Of a stretch of DNA of 64,000 nucleotides, positions 27,140 through 41,800 are shown in pieces (the first letter of the stretch is position 1; each line of letters begins with the position of its first letter). Made by a program: the position numbers and the translations under genes. This DNA comes from Vicugna vicugna (taxonomy: Eukaryota), in assembly GCA_013265495.1 (NCBI GenBank), contig MU058065.1:6262302-6326301 (forward strand), read 5' to 3'. Below the pieces are notes generated by a model. That model was not told the origin of the DNA and ran no database searches. It was given only the letters and a program-made list of their open reading frames with translations.

Positions 27140-29480
27140 GGCGCTGCGAGGAATTCTATTGAGCAGATGGGCAGCGATTTATGTAATCATGTTCCTATTT
27201 GAGGACTTTTATGTTGGGCGCCGAGAGATCGCGCTGAAGGCCCTTGAAGCCAGGACAACTTCCGAAGATAGAGGTTGGGGGACAGCTAGGTCGCCCAACA
27301 AACTTTTAAGTACCTAGGGGACGAATAAAGACAGCGAGAGAGGCCGCGGCCAGCGGAGAGCAAAGGACCTAAGGAGTTGAATTAGGGAGGTTCGTGAGAC
27401 AGAGGGTGGGTTGTATCCAAGGGCAAGGGACGCCGAATGGGTGGAACCCGAAACCCGTGGAACTGGACCCCAGGCCGAGGCGGCAGTGGGCAAAAGCTGG
27501 TGCACCGCCGCTCCGCACCAACAGAGGGCGCTGGATTCACAGCAGTTCGAAGTGGGCGGGTCCCAGCTGCGGGCCAGATGTGGGAAGCTGGACCACGGGA
27601 GACGTGAGCTCTACTCTAGCCCCTGCAGACCCACAGGCGGGAGGATAGGGAAGAAGGGACAGCAGGGGGCAAAAGTGGTGGCAGAATATTCCACGTCGCT
27701 GCCCTGCTGGCTCCCGGACTGCCTTGCATTGTAGGGTAAAAGCGAGGGACCCTCCCTCCCAGAGGGGGCGCCGTTTTGCCATTCTCAGAAAAGTGCGGTA
27801 CAGGCTGGCGGCTGCCCTGGGGCTGGCTCAGCAAGATAGAGCCGGGTCTACGGGACGGGCGTCGAGCCAGAAGAGACCCACGCGACCGTCTGCGGCGGGA
27901 AAGAGAGCTGGCCTCGAGGGCTTTGAGCTCTTGCGTACTCAGGCGCTCCAACACACACACAGACACACAGACACGCACACACACACGCGCGCACACACAC
28001 ACACCCTCCCAGCGCTGTTTTTGCCCTGGATGCAGTGCATTAGAGGAGAAAGAAACTGAGGCACAGCAGGACTGGGCACCAAGTAGACCCTCCTCTCCAT
28101 GTTGTCTGGAGCAGAGAAGTTGGGCTAGAGGGCCGCAGCCTGAAGCTCCAATTAAGGACCCCTGGCCGGGGACAACCCCAGGGACCCCGCCCCCTTGACC
28201 TGCCAGATGTCCGTCCCCCCACCCCACCCCCCGATGCTGCTTCCCGGACTCTGGAGTAATCAGCTGCTGCGCGCTTTCTGTAATTGGTGGTGCAGGCCCT
28301 GCCTGGCAGAGGACTGGCGGGCTGCGCAGGGGCGGGCGAGGGGCTTAATTGCAGGGCTTCGGGTCTCAGTCTGGGCTGCAGCTCTGCTTAGGGGGAAGGG
28401 GATGAACACTTAGCTATGCGAGCCCGGCCTCGGAAGCGGCCAAAAGACCTTCGGGTCAGTAGTCCAGATCCCTTTCCCGGTAACTGAATTGAGGGGCTTG
28501 AACCCCAGCGAGTGTGAGCAAGGAGGAGCATGACGTCTCTGGAGACCTGGGGGTGAGGGGTGCAGATTCCAAACTCCCCATCCCAACCCCAGGAGCCCTG
28601 GTTCGTCTTGTCCGAGACTCCTCCCTTGTTCTGACCCTCCCCCTTTCCCTTTCTGCCGCCCCCGTCACCTCCCTTCTCGTATCCCCAGGGCGCTCCCACC
28701 CTGGGGAAGAATGTGCCCTCCTAGCGCACCCTTGCCATGGCAACGGCACACCCCCCACCCCCGCGCACCGCAGCGGCCCGGCCTGGCCCCGAGGGCGGCG
28801 AGAGAAGTGCGGGTGGGCGCCTCCCAGCCCCGCGGACACACCTCGACTGCCCTGGTTGCCACAGCAACCGGGGGCGTTTGGAAGTGCGCAGCCGCGGAGT
28901 GGCAAAAGGCTCTCTTTCTGATCCCGCACCCCTCTAATCCATCAGCAGAGGACCCTGGCTCCTAGGAGACACTGCTACCCCTCAACTTCAAGGACAAAGT
29001 CCAGAGAAGGATCATGGGGCGTCCCAGCTTCCACGCACGACAAGCCTAAGGAGCAAAGGCAGCCGGAGCGCCGCAGAGAGCCTGGGACTTGAAAAGGGAT
29101 CCCCCTGTCTCCAGACCGTCCCCCTCCCCCAGCAGAGCCCGATGGGGACGCTGGCAGCAGGAAGCCAGGCAAGGGCCGGGAGGCGCGCAGGCCCCACAGC
29201 GGAGCGGTGATTACAGGGACCTGTCCCTCCCGCCCCCGGCTCCCACTCTCATTAAGTCATTTTTTCCCCTGTTGGAAAGTCCCCGTGCCTTGAGCGCAGG
29301 GGTTGGGGCGACCGCAGGCAGCTGCCGGCAACCACATGAGAAGGGGGGGTGGAAGGGGAGGAGGGAGGCCGAGACTAGGGCCTGGCCAAGCTCCAACGTG
29401 GAAGGCCCCCCTGCCGGGGGCTAGCTGGGGGCGCATTAATTCAGAGGAAGGCGAGGGAGGGCCCAGATGCCCGGACCTTG
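27140..29480. promoter_or_regulatory. CpG island ~3-5 kb downstream of WNT10A
   Basis: Abrupt rise in CpG density next to the AT-rich repeat region. Contains CTCF-, homeodomain- and RFX-like motifs. Confidence 0.7.
27950..28004. repeat. Compound (CA)n/(CG)n microsatellite
   Basis: Mostly alternating purine-pyrimidine tract ACACACAC...ACGCGCGCACAC. Confidence 0.9.
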
Positions 29481-31699
29481 CTTCTCATCCACCTGGGGCC
29501 CTGCTACAACTGCCAAGACCTCTACCTTTGCGTCTCCCCTCCTCTTTTTTCAGACCCTGGGACCTTGGACGACTGAAAAGCAGGATCCCCACCCAAATCT
29601 GGCTGCCGCTCCCTGACCCTTAACCCCACCACAGCCTGCTGATCGTTCACCACCTCATTCTCTGTTAGTTCCTTCCCTTCTTCTCTTTGGGACCATCCAG
29701 GTTCCATTAGACCATGATATTTTTCCCTCCTACAAGGAGGAAATTCAGTGTCAGTCAAGGTGAAAGGTATTGTGGGCAGGGACAGCTTTTTCCCTCTCTG
29801 AATGATCTCTGGTCCACCTTCTGTTCTCATTTCCAAATCTGAACCTTAGTCCTCTCCCAGCTGTTGGCAAGGTCTTTCTCTCATTTACCTCCACTGTCCC
29901 ACTTTATTTCAGCTTATTTTCCCTATTTCCAATCAGCACATTGATATCTGCCTCACTCTTCAGCCAGTATGCATAAGCACAGTGCCTCTTGGGTCCTATT
30001 TTCCCACCCCTTACCACCTCCACATCTCCCTTTAGGGTTCTTACCAAGTCCCACACACACCTTTTCAAATGTGGGGTCCAACTTTGGTCCTGACTCTAGT
30101 CAGCTTCTGGCCCAGAGAGAGGATGGGGAGTTCCTGTCCCAACTTTTCCTTTCTTCCTTTACAGGTAAAGCTAGCATATATCAGATCAGCATGACTTGAC
30201 TTGACTGGGACATGGCCCCCACAACCTGGTGTCCAGCCCCTGCCCTACCCCACAGCTCACCCCTCCCTCTAGAGGCTGCACGCTCTGTTGTGTTACTGCT
30301 CCTACCTCATTATCCTAACCCTCATTCAGTCTCTCCTCCTACAGCTCTGTCTTCCTAAAGCCTGGAAGGCAGAGGAGGCTGAAGCCACTGCTAAAGCTGT
30401 AGTGGACACTGCTGGGGGTGGGGAGTGCCCCCCCCCCCAGGCCTTCATTGCTGTTCCTTTCCCTCCTCTTCCCTGGAATGGGAGCAAGGAAGGAGACGGG
30501 GAACCCAGCCCCCACAGCTCTCTCCTGGGTGAACAAGAGGAAAGGAATGAGGCAGGTGTGTCTGGCTGCTCCTGCCTACCCCTCCTCCTGGGGGACTCTC
30601 ACCCGCCTGCCTGTGGGGCTGTCTTTTGGGGGATGGGGAGAGAAACCCCGTCCTCCACAGAGGCAGCAGAGCTGAGCATGTGGAAGGCCTTGCTGCCTTA
30701 GGCATGTCTGGGAGCTGCTGGGATGCAGACAACTGGAGGGAAGGGAGCTGATGACAAGCAAGTGGGGGCAAATCTCCCCGGTGGTGGGCCTACAGGGGTG
30801 CATCACCATGGGAGCCTCCTTTCCTTCTCACCCCTACCGAGGGGTAGGGAGACATGGGTCAGGGCTAGGAATGTGTAGGGATTTGTGTAGGCTGGCAACT
30901 GAGAGATGGAACAAGACTTCATCCTTGGCTGGTTCATGGAGAAGGTTGTGCCATTCTGGGGTAAACTGAGGCAGGCAGCAGGACCCTCAGCTGTGAGCAG
31001 CAAGAGGACTGGATGAAGTCAGTGAAATGTTCTTTCCCTGAGATCTTGACCCCACCTCCCTCTCCACTGCCCTCCTCCTTGAGGGTCTGTTCCAGAAAAA
31101 CATCAAATCTGAGAGCCAAGGAGAGTACACCGGCAGATCCAAACTGCCAGCTCAGCAGTGTTCTTATGGGGGTATGAAGGGGAGGCTGGCTGACCTGTCA
31201 AGGGGAGCCCTGAGCTGAGAACTTGTGGGCACAAAAGGCCCAGGAAGGATGTCCCCCCACCGCCAACCTTACTTACATACTCGGCCTCCCCTGCCTGAAC
31301 TCAGAGAGACCAGAATCCAGACAGTGAGTCTCCTGACTCTCCCCCGCCACCCTCCTCCCAGCCGCACCTCCTAGCCCCACCTGCTCCCCGGGGCTCTGGG
31401 CTGGCTGGGTTGAGCTGGGTCTTGCCCAGGATTACTCCTCTCAGAGTGCCTCCTGTCTCTGCCGACGGGTGCTGCTGGCCGACACTCGTCCTGGCTTGTG
31501 GCAGAGGCTCAGGCATAAGGTGGACAGCTAGAGCTCTGGCATACAGGATTCCTGATCTAGCCCCTTGTCAACATCCCCACTGCTTCCATCTATGCCAGGC
31601 CCCTCATTTATGGTTTGGAAGACGGCTGTAGTTTCCTCCCTGCCCCCCCCCCCGCTGTCACCCTGTCCCCTTTCATTCAGTTCCTCAGACAGCAATCCA

Positions 31700-32320
31700 C
31701 ATGGGAATCAGACCATGCTACTTGCCTGCTTAAGACCCTCTGAGAGTTCCCATTCCTCTTACATAAAATCTTAACTTCTCACCTTGGCCTGAAAGGACAC
31801 ATCATGTGACACTTGCCCTCATCCCCCCTAGTCAGCTCCTTTCCTAATCTGTCCCTTGATTTCTTCACTCCAATCACTCCTCTTTGCTGTTCCTCCTGGG
31901 GAGATCTTTCTGACCTCAGAACTTTTGCATTCGCATGCCCTCTGCCTGGAAAGCCCTAACCCTCAGTCTGTGCATGGCCCTCCTCGTCATGCAGGTCTCA
32001 GCATGAATATCACAACTCCGAGAGGCCTTCCCCAACCAGTAGCTTTACCTAAAGGGGCCCCACTCCCCATGAAGAATCACTCTACATCCAGCACCTTGCT
32101 TTATTTCCTTCACAGCACATAGCATTGTCTGAAATGACCTTGTTTGTGTATTTACTTGATTATTGTCCATCTTCCCCAGGCAGAATGTAAACTCCAAGAG
32201 GGCAGGTGCTGTGTCTCTATTCACATCTGTATCCCCAGCATTTCTCATCACCACCCAACCCCCAGAGTGCCAGGCCACAAAGAGTGCAAAATAAATATTT
32301 GTTAAATGAATGATGAGGGG
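31700..32320 (+). mobile_element. L2 3' end, antisense to and overlapping the WNT10A 3'UTR
   Basis: GAATGTAAACTCCAAGAGGGCAGG...TGTATCCCCAGC...AATAAATATTTGTTAAATGAATGA is a typical L2 terminus. Confidence 0.75.
32100..32105 (-). terminator. WNT10A: Probable WNT10A polyadenylation signal (AATAAA)
   Basis: First TTTATT that I found on the + strand downstream of the stop codon, ~680 nt away. Confidence 0.6.
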
Positions 32321-32782
32321 CAGAGTCTGGTGGGGAAAGTTGTCTGAGTCCTCTATAGAATCACTTCAGCTCAATTATGTCCATTTCTTCTTTTTCATCC
32401 TCCTCCCCCACCCACCAGCTTCCATTCATTCCTTCCCACTCCAGGGGAAGGAGTGAAGGGATGAAAGGAAGCAGGCTCAGGCCCTGTCTGGCTGACACTG
32501 CCCTGGAGTGTGGGGCAACCTCCAGCCCAACTGGGCTGTCTGAACTTTGTACAGGGAGCAGAAGGCAAATCGGTCCTGGAGCCCACAGAAGTGAAGAGGG
32601 GAGGGTTACGGGGGGATGGTGTCCAGGCAGGCCCAAACTGTCCCGTGATTACAGTCTTGACGACCTTGGGAGGTTCCTATAAGATCATGTAGTCCAACCT
32701 CCACTCCCAGGAGCCAAGGCGACGCAGCCCAGCCAAGATCGCAAGCTGCAGAGGACCAGGCTCAGGGAGGGTAGCCGTCAGC

Positions 32783-33697
<915 letters not shown>

Positions 33698-34799
33698 CTA
33701 CATCCCAGCCCCAAAGCTTCTGGCCTTGCTCCAGGCTGTGAACAGAGGCTGTGGGGAGACTGAGAAAGCCCCCTTTCCTCCTCTGGGCCCTGCAGCACTT
33801 TGCAGGGAGCCTAAGGAGAGGCCCATGGGCCGGGGAGAGTCCCCTTCCCCTCCCCCACCCCATGAAACTGGTGGGGGCTTATTCTGCCCAAAGCTGAATG
33901 CCACCATTCCTCCTAGGAAACAGTGAGTACCAACAGAGGCCAAAGGCACTACCTGAATACAGAACCAAAGGGAACCCAGAGAGCCAGACCCCCAGGGCAA
34001 TGAAAGTGGAGAGAGGTTCCCAGGCCTCCAAGGGAGTTTGTTACAGGAACACAACCTACCGACTGCCTGCCAAGCTCTCAGCCTACTATTCTGAGTCTCC
34101 TCCCAAAGAGCCCCATCACATTATCCTCACCAGAGACCCCAGAGGAAATTGGTCACATCCTCCTTCCCCGCTTCTCCACTCCAAAGTCACAAAGCAATGA
34201 TCTGGGGCCCTCAAACCTGGGCAGGAGGGCCATAAGAGGAACCCTGTTCCTCTAAGTCTTAAAGGGCTCTGTAGCTTGTATGTGCATTCTGTAGTGTCAG
34301 CACCACCTGGGAACCAGCCCGATGCTTCCCCTGGCCAATAGCTCCAGAACATCTGCTTCCCACAGGCAGCAGCCATTAATTAACCAGTTTAATGAGGAGG
34401 AGGAGGCACTGTTGGCATGGGCTGGGATAGTATCGAAGCTTGGGAAAAGAGCTGAATGGACAAGGAAGGGTTGAGTGGGAACTGGACATGACCTGAGGGT
34501 GGGTATGCCTCAGTTTACCTCACCTCTAAGTCTTGATGGAAGACCTGAATCAGCTCAGAGTCTTTGTGGATAAAGAAGGTAAAAGTGGCCTGGGCTGAGA
34601 GGCCAAGAGAAAGGGGAGTGAGATGGAGAGAGTGCCAGGCAGGGTGAGGGAAGGCCTGAGCAGGCCGGGCAGGGCTAAGAGAAGTGACAGGGGCCAAATA
34701 GCCAGGAAAAGAGGGTGCTGAACTACCAAGGGGGCTAAGGAGGCATCTTAGTGTAGATGACACTGTAGAACAAAAGAACATGAGCTCATTGCTCAACTG

Positions 34800-35020
34800 C
34801 CTGGGGATGAACCCTGCCTCTGCCACTTTCTCACTAGTTGTCTCACCTTAGGCAAGCTTCTTACTCTATCTGTGCCTTGCTTTCCATAACTGAATATGAG
34901 GTTAATAATAAAACCCTCACAGGTAGGTGTAAGGATGAAACAGGCTAATATGTAGTAAAGTGCTCCAGACATGCCTAACAGAGTAAGCACTCAATAGATT
35001 AAAGGCAGGCTATTATTACT
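34800..35020 (+). mobile_element. MIR SINE in WNT10A intron 3
   Basis: CTCTGCCACTT...GGCAAG...TCTGTGCCTTGCTTTCC...GTAAAGTGCT...GTAAGCACTCAATA. Confidence 0.65.
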
Positions 35021-35603
35021 TTTCTTTTTCCTTCTCCCTTCCTTCCTGCCTCCCTTCTCTTCTCCTCCTCCTCCTCCAGCTTCTTCTCCCTCCCTCCCTA
35101 CCTCTCTCTCTCTCTCTCTCTCTCTAATTAATGACTTTTAAGGTAGTATGAACATTCGAGGGTAGGCATAAAGGAGGAAGACAACATAACACAGTACCAC
35201 AGTGGCCCCTAGGCATCTCCCTTTGCAGGAATCCCTCATTGTGCACCGAAAGGCTGGGAGAGGAGCAGGGTGTGGATGGGGTCACTGCATAGGATATTAT
35301 AGAATCAGAGAATATTAAAGCTGGGGGCGGAGAGCATTATGAATGATGCAGTTCAAGCTTCTCATTTCATAGAGTGGCAGAGCAAGGCCTAGACCCTGAG
35401 GTCTGACCACAGCCCAGAGCTCACCCCACCCTCACAGCAGGAAATGAGAGGAGCAGGCTGTTCTGCAGAAGGGGAGCTATTCCAGGGCAGGGGTTGTTTT
35501 ATTCCCATATCCCCAGGTCTAGTCCAGTGCCTGGCACATAGTAAGTATCCAGTGCATTTCTGATGACTGAGTTAGGAGGGGCAATGAGAAAGTTGTTGAG
35601 TTA

Positions 35604-36473
<870 letters not shown>

Positions 36474-37444
36474 CTAAAAAAATAAGTTACCAATGATGGC
36501 ATTCTGGGCCCCAGGAGATGTTAGTGGGCAGAAGGGTAAGAAGAGATGGTATCCCCCTAAATCTCCAGGCCCCAAGATTTCCTACTGCTGCCACCCCGTA
36601 GGCCCACCACAGAACAGTCTGATGGCCAGATTCAACAGACAGAGATAGGAGCCAGGAGAATTTCCCATTTCCCTGTCCACAGGGCATCCCAAGAAGTCTG
36701 CTCAGAAAAGGCCCCTCCCAGCCACCTGGCCTGTGGCTGGTCTAGGTCTGCTGAAGAGGTTGTTTGAGGGATGCTGGAGGTGAGCCCACTGCCTGCACCG
36801 AGTTAAGCATATAGTGGTGCTGAACACTGAGAAGGAAAGTTCGCTAAGGTAGATACCTTCCTGAAATGCTCAAAGGGCATAAAGATTCCCTGATGAACTA
36901 CTCTCAGGAGCCCAGGACTTGTCCAAACCGCTTTTCTCCTTGGTGTTCACAGCCTTGGGCTGGCTCCCAGAACTACAAACTGCTTCTTCTTTATTCTACA
37001 TCTGAGAAAGGACCAGCTAGGGGCAGGTTCTGGTCTCTGACCAGCCTCTGAACCCGAGAGAGTTGGGGGCAGTGGGAGAAACCAGGAGTAATAACAGCTC
37101 CCACACAAGGAGGAGAATTCACTTGTGCCCTAGACACCTGTGGGAGAAGACCAGAACCTAGTTGGAGGCTGATGGCTTGGAAAAGGCCAGAGATTCTGAA
37201 GAAAAACTCTGGGTCCTTCTACCATGGCATCAAAGACTGGGAGGACCTGGAAGCCTCATAGACCCCAGAGAGCCAACAAAGACTGGATAGAGACCCTAAT
37301 CCAGTCCCACTCCCTCCCTCTGCATCACAGGGCTCTGTCCTCCTCTCTCTGCTCAGCACTTCCCCCGCCCCACCTCCCGCCAAAAAAAAAAAAAAAAAAA
37401 ACCAACCCCAAACCAAAAACAAACAAACAAAAAAGATGAAATGG

Positions 37445-37690
37445 GTAGTGGAGTATGAACTCTGGAGCCAGATAGCCTAGATTTCAATCTTGGCTCTTCT
37501 ACTTACTAGCTGTTAATAGCTATGTGACCATAGCCAAGTGACTTGACCTCTCTGTGCCTCAGTTTTCTCATCTGTAAAACAGGGTTATTATTATCTGTCT
37601 CATTGCTGTTCCAAGAATCAAATGAGTTAATGAATTTTAAATGCCTATGATAATACCTTACTCATAGTAAGTACTATATAAACACTGTTA
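37445..37690 (+). mobile_element. MIR SINE in WNT10A intron 2
   Basis: MIR core CAAGTGACTTGACCTCTCTGTGCCTCAGTTTTCTCATCTGTAAAA. Confidence 0.75.
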
Positions 37691-40600
37691 TTGAGAAGTT
37701 CTTCCTGCTGCTTACCTGCTACTGCTGCAATTTCAGGCCATTGCTCCTTATTCTTGTTTCCCTGATCAGGCACAGAGCCCAGCAGCTCATGGCCCACTCT
37801 AGAATGTGGGCCACCAGAAGCCCATAAAACAGACTGTCCCTTTCTAGCTTCTCATTCCAGTTCATGACACCTGAGAATATTTTCCCTGAGCAGCTCAGCT
37901 GTGAGCAGACAGGGAGGGGCAGGGATTGGGCAGGAGCCTTCAAAGGGGAAGGTGGGAATTGGTGGGAGCTACAGAAGAGTGGACACTGCTCTGGGAAGGG
38001 GGCCCAAGGGAAAGGAAGGCAGACTCAAGCTGAGGCACACACCCAGTATTTATCCCTTGCCTTTTATCTGTGAAACACTGAGAACTTATTGCTGGGGGAA
38101 TCATCAGCCTGCTCCTAGGACAAATGGCCATATTCAGACCTCCAGAGGCAGCCCAGGCCTCAGAAAGCGCCCCTCTCAACACACACACATACACACACAC
38201 TGTGCAAAAGGAAGATACCCAATGTCACAGGGGTTATGGAGCTAGACCCAGCCCCAGCTCTCCCAGCTCCCAGGCCTGGCAACTTTCTACTGACGGACAT
38301 TTGGCTCTGGGGAAGACCTGCTGCTGTGTAAGACCCCCAGGTGGCCCAGTTCCTGGTCCTATAGTCCTGTCTACACGTGGCACCAAGAAAGAGCAAGATG
38401 CTGGTGCAGGGAGATGTGCTGGGCCAACTGCTATCTACCAGCCTCTGTTACATTCTAGGGCAGTCCTGGAGGAAACTGGAGAAACATAACCCACAGCCTA
38501 CAGAGAACACCGCTACCTGTCTCAGGCAGCTAAAGATACCATCCCATGGCCTCTGGCATCTGTCACAGCCACGTGTAGGGGTGACCAGGCAGGGCTTGTG
38601 TGGTCACCCTCTGCTCCAAGCACTTAGGCCTCAGAAAACTCCAGCCCATTGAGTCTGCCCCCAGCTCCCATTCAAGGCCTCAGTTTCGGTCCTGGCCCCA
38701 ACTGTCTAGGGCAGACGCAGGCACTGTGCCATCTGGCCAGCTGGAGGGGGAGAGGGGTGGGGCCATGGCCAGCTGGGCTGCCTGGAGCATAGGGGGGAGG
38801 CTCGTTAAGACTCACAATTAGCCGCCCTTCCTTTGATCTGGGACAGGGACTGCCAGCATCTAAAGTGGAGTCAGCTGCTGCTACAAGATGCAGCCAATGG
38901 CCAGGAAGGGGATGAGGGAGGAGGTTTGGAGGGCAGGGAAATGTGGAGGAGAGAGGATTCAGGAGCCAGTGGGAACCAGAAGGGGTTAAAGAAGCTTGTG
39001 CCCTGCCCAATCAAGTCAAAGAGGGATGAGAGGGGAGAGGTCTGGTCTCCATTCCCTCCATACAAATAATCTGTGCGTGCTCATGTGCCTGGTCTGAGAG
39101 AGAGAGGGTTGTGTGCATGTGGGAACACTTAGGGGTGATACTGAATGTAGCTCTACGTTTGCACAAACTTGGGTAGGGGTGTGTGTGTGTGTGTGTTGTG
39201 TGGGTGTAGGTGTGCGTATGTGCATGTCGGTTCCATTTCTTGGACTACTCCATTGCACCAGCTCATCTCTGGGCACATGGTAGGAAATCATGGTGGCCTC
39301 ATAGCTTGGGAGGCAGTATGATAGGAGGTTGAGTGCAGTCTTTAAAGACAGCTGGCATGCATCTGAGTTCTGGTTCTATAGCTCACTTACAAGCTGTGTG
39401 ACTAATGGCAAGTTACCCAACCTCTCTTACCTTTATTTGTAAAATGAAATGATAGGCCCTACTGCATGGGGATTGTTTGAGGATCCTAAAGTACAGATAA
39501 AGTGCTTTAGAACAGCGCTTGGCACACAACAAGTACTTACTATGTTCGAGTGCCGTTAGAATAATAGGATCTTAAGTGATCTTGGGATATGATTACCTGT
39601 GCTTCTGTCTCCCCATCTGAGTGCCACCACGTACCCCAAGCCTCAAGGCCTAGGCATAAAACCAAGACTCTCTGAGGATGAATGTAAAAGGGAGTGGCCT
39701 TGGACAACAGAGGCTGGACTCTCAAATTGCTGGCTTCCACTGGGCTGGGAACCTGACTTACTGCAGAGCCTCACACCCCCTCTTTCCATCCATCTGAATG
39801 CATTTGGGCCTTAGGAAGGGCAGTACCTAAACTGTGTGAGCACTCCAGGATCTACTCACTCCCCTCCACCAAGCCTCTGCCTGTCCTCTCATCCCCACTC
39901 ACTCTTCACAATGAAGAGCTGATGTTCTGTCCAGCACCCCAACCTCCCAGGCACCAACCATCTGGATCCTCAGAACAGAAAGCCAGGGACACCAGTGCCC
40001 TTGGCTCTTAGGTCATACCTGTCCCTGGGCTGGACAAAACAGCCAGCCTGGACTGGAGGCCTCTCACAGCTTTTTAAGGACTCTTTTTAGCCCCTTGGAG
40101 GCCTTCTGCCTGTCCCCCAACCCCCAGGTTCCAGCACCTTCTCATCCCTCTCCTTAGCTGGGTAAAGCCTCACTGTATGTCCTGCTTCCCGAGCACCCAC
40201 TCCAGGTGCCCAAGCGCCCTTTCCTCTCCCTCCTACATTAGCACTCCATCCCTTCAGCCCAACCCATCTCAGGGGACATGTCGGGACAACTAGATGAAGG
40301 TAACAGCATTTGTATGGAAGACCTGAGGGACCACCTCCTCCCAGCAGTCTCTGAAATTTAAACATGGCAGAATGCACCTTTAAGAGAACCCCATTAGCAG
40401 CTTAGGTCAGAAGAGGGGTCAGCATCCTGATATTCCACTTGAGGGAAACTGAGGTCACCCTACCCCATCATGGATAATCCATAGCTTGAAAAGAAGGGAG
40501 ACTAGGGGAAGAACCCAGTCCAAGGCCTGGTTACCACCAAGACTGGCCTCATGGTATTCAAATTTAGCTAGTCCTTGAGGTGATGGGCCAAGATAGATCA

Positions 40601-40779
40601 AAGAAATGACCCCGCAGGAGAGTGAACCTGGATGTGGAGTGAGGGAGGCACGGCAACGGTGGCCTTTGCGGGGTTGGGGGGGTTAGTGGCAAGTTCTTCC
40701 CAGAAGCCCAGAGTCCCCTCCGAGGAGGGAGAGGTAGAAATGAGGTGTCACAGTGGGGGAGGGGTGGAGGGAACCGTAG

Positions 40780-41800
40780 CCACGGAGGTAGGACGGTGTT
40801 CAAGGCCAAAGGAAGGAGCCCAGCCTCCCTGCGGGAGCTCAGGAGCCGCTGCCCCGCCCTCCTCCTCGCGCTGGGCGCCGCCCCGCCCCGGCTAGCCCCG
40901 GCAAGTCTCCCCCCTCCACACCGCACCTCTCCCCCCACCGGTCCCCCCAGCTCACCTCCCGCTTATTAAACTGCAGGTGAACCCAGGAGCGCCTGGCACC
41001 GCGCCAACCCCGCAGGGTTCCGCGGCTCCAAACTCGCCCCCAAGTTCCAAAGCCCCCTTGTCCTCCACCGACCCGCACAGGCCGCACCCGGGAAGCAATC
41101 GAGACTCCTGGGTTTCTCAGTCTAGAGGGGAGAGGAGGACCAGAAGCGAAGAGAGGACACCGAGGCCGGAAAGAGGAATGAAGGGCTTGCCTCGCCTCAC
41201 TCGAAGCGGCAGGGGTGAGAACCTCAGCGCCTGCCAGAACCCCCAGTGAGCGGAACCCGAAGCAAGCGCGGAGGCCGGATCGCTGCAGGGAGAACTGTGC
41301 TTCGGGGAGCGCGGGTGACCTAGAATCCCGGAGAGGGAGCGGGCGCGCGGCGGCAGTGAGCGCCGGCCAGGCCCGGCAGGGGCAGGAGAGATGCAGGGGC
41401 CTGTCACTTCGCGTCCGCGAGTGCGTTGGCGGCGGGGGCGGCCAGGGCGGGGCGCCGGCGCGGAGCTGGGCTGGCCGATCGGCCGGGGTTCGCGGGAAAC
41501 CGCCTTGGGCAGCGGGCTGGAGGGGCTTGAGGGCAGCGGGGCGGGCGGGGCGGGAGCGTGGGGCAGGGTCGGGGGCACCCTCTTTGAGAGGCGAGCGGCT
41601 GGGGCCTGGAGCCGTCTGCCGCGGCCCGCGGGGATTAGTTCGCGGCTGCATGCCGCCACACGCGTCGGGCTGGGCTCGGCCGGGGAGAAACAGCGCCCCG
41701 GGCGCGAGGGGGAGGGAGAGCGCGCGGGGGCGGGGCGGGCGGCCGGTGGCTGGGCTCGGGGAGGCTGGGGTGGCCCCTGACTTGGGGGCCCCGGGGATGC
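40780..41800. promoter_or_regulatory. Intragenic CpG island in WNT10A intron 2
   Basis: About 1 kb of very high GC and CpG with several GGGCGG boxes and no Wnt coding sequence. Confidence 0.75.

Noticed and set aside
28823..28843. REST/NRSE-like CCCAGCCCCGCGGACACACC
   Set aside because: It has several mismatches at informative positions.
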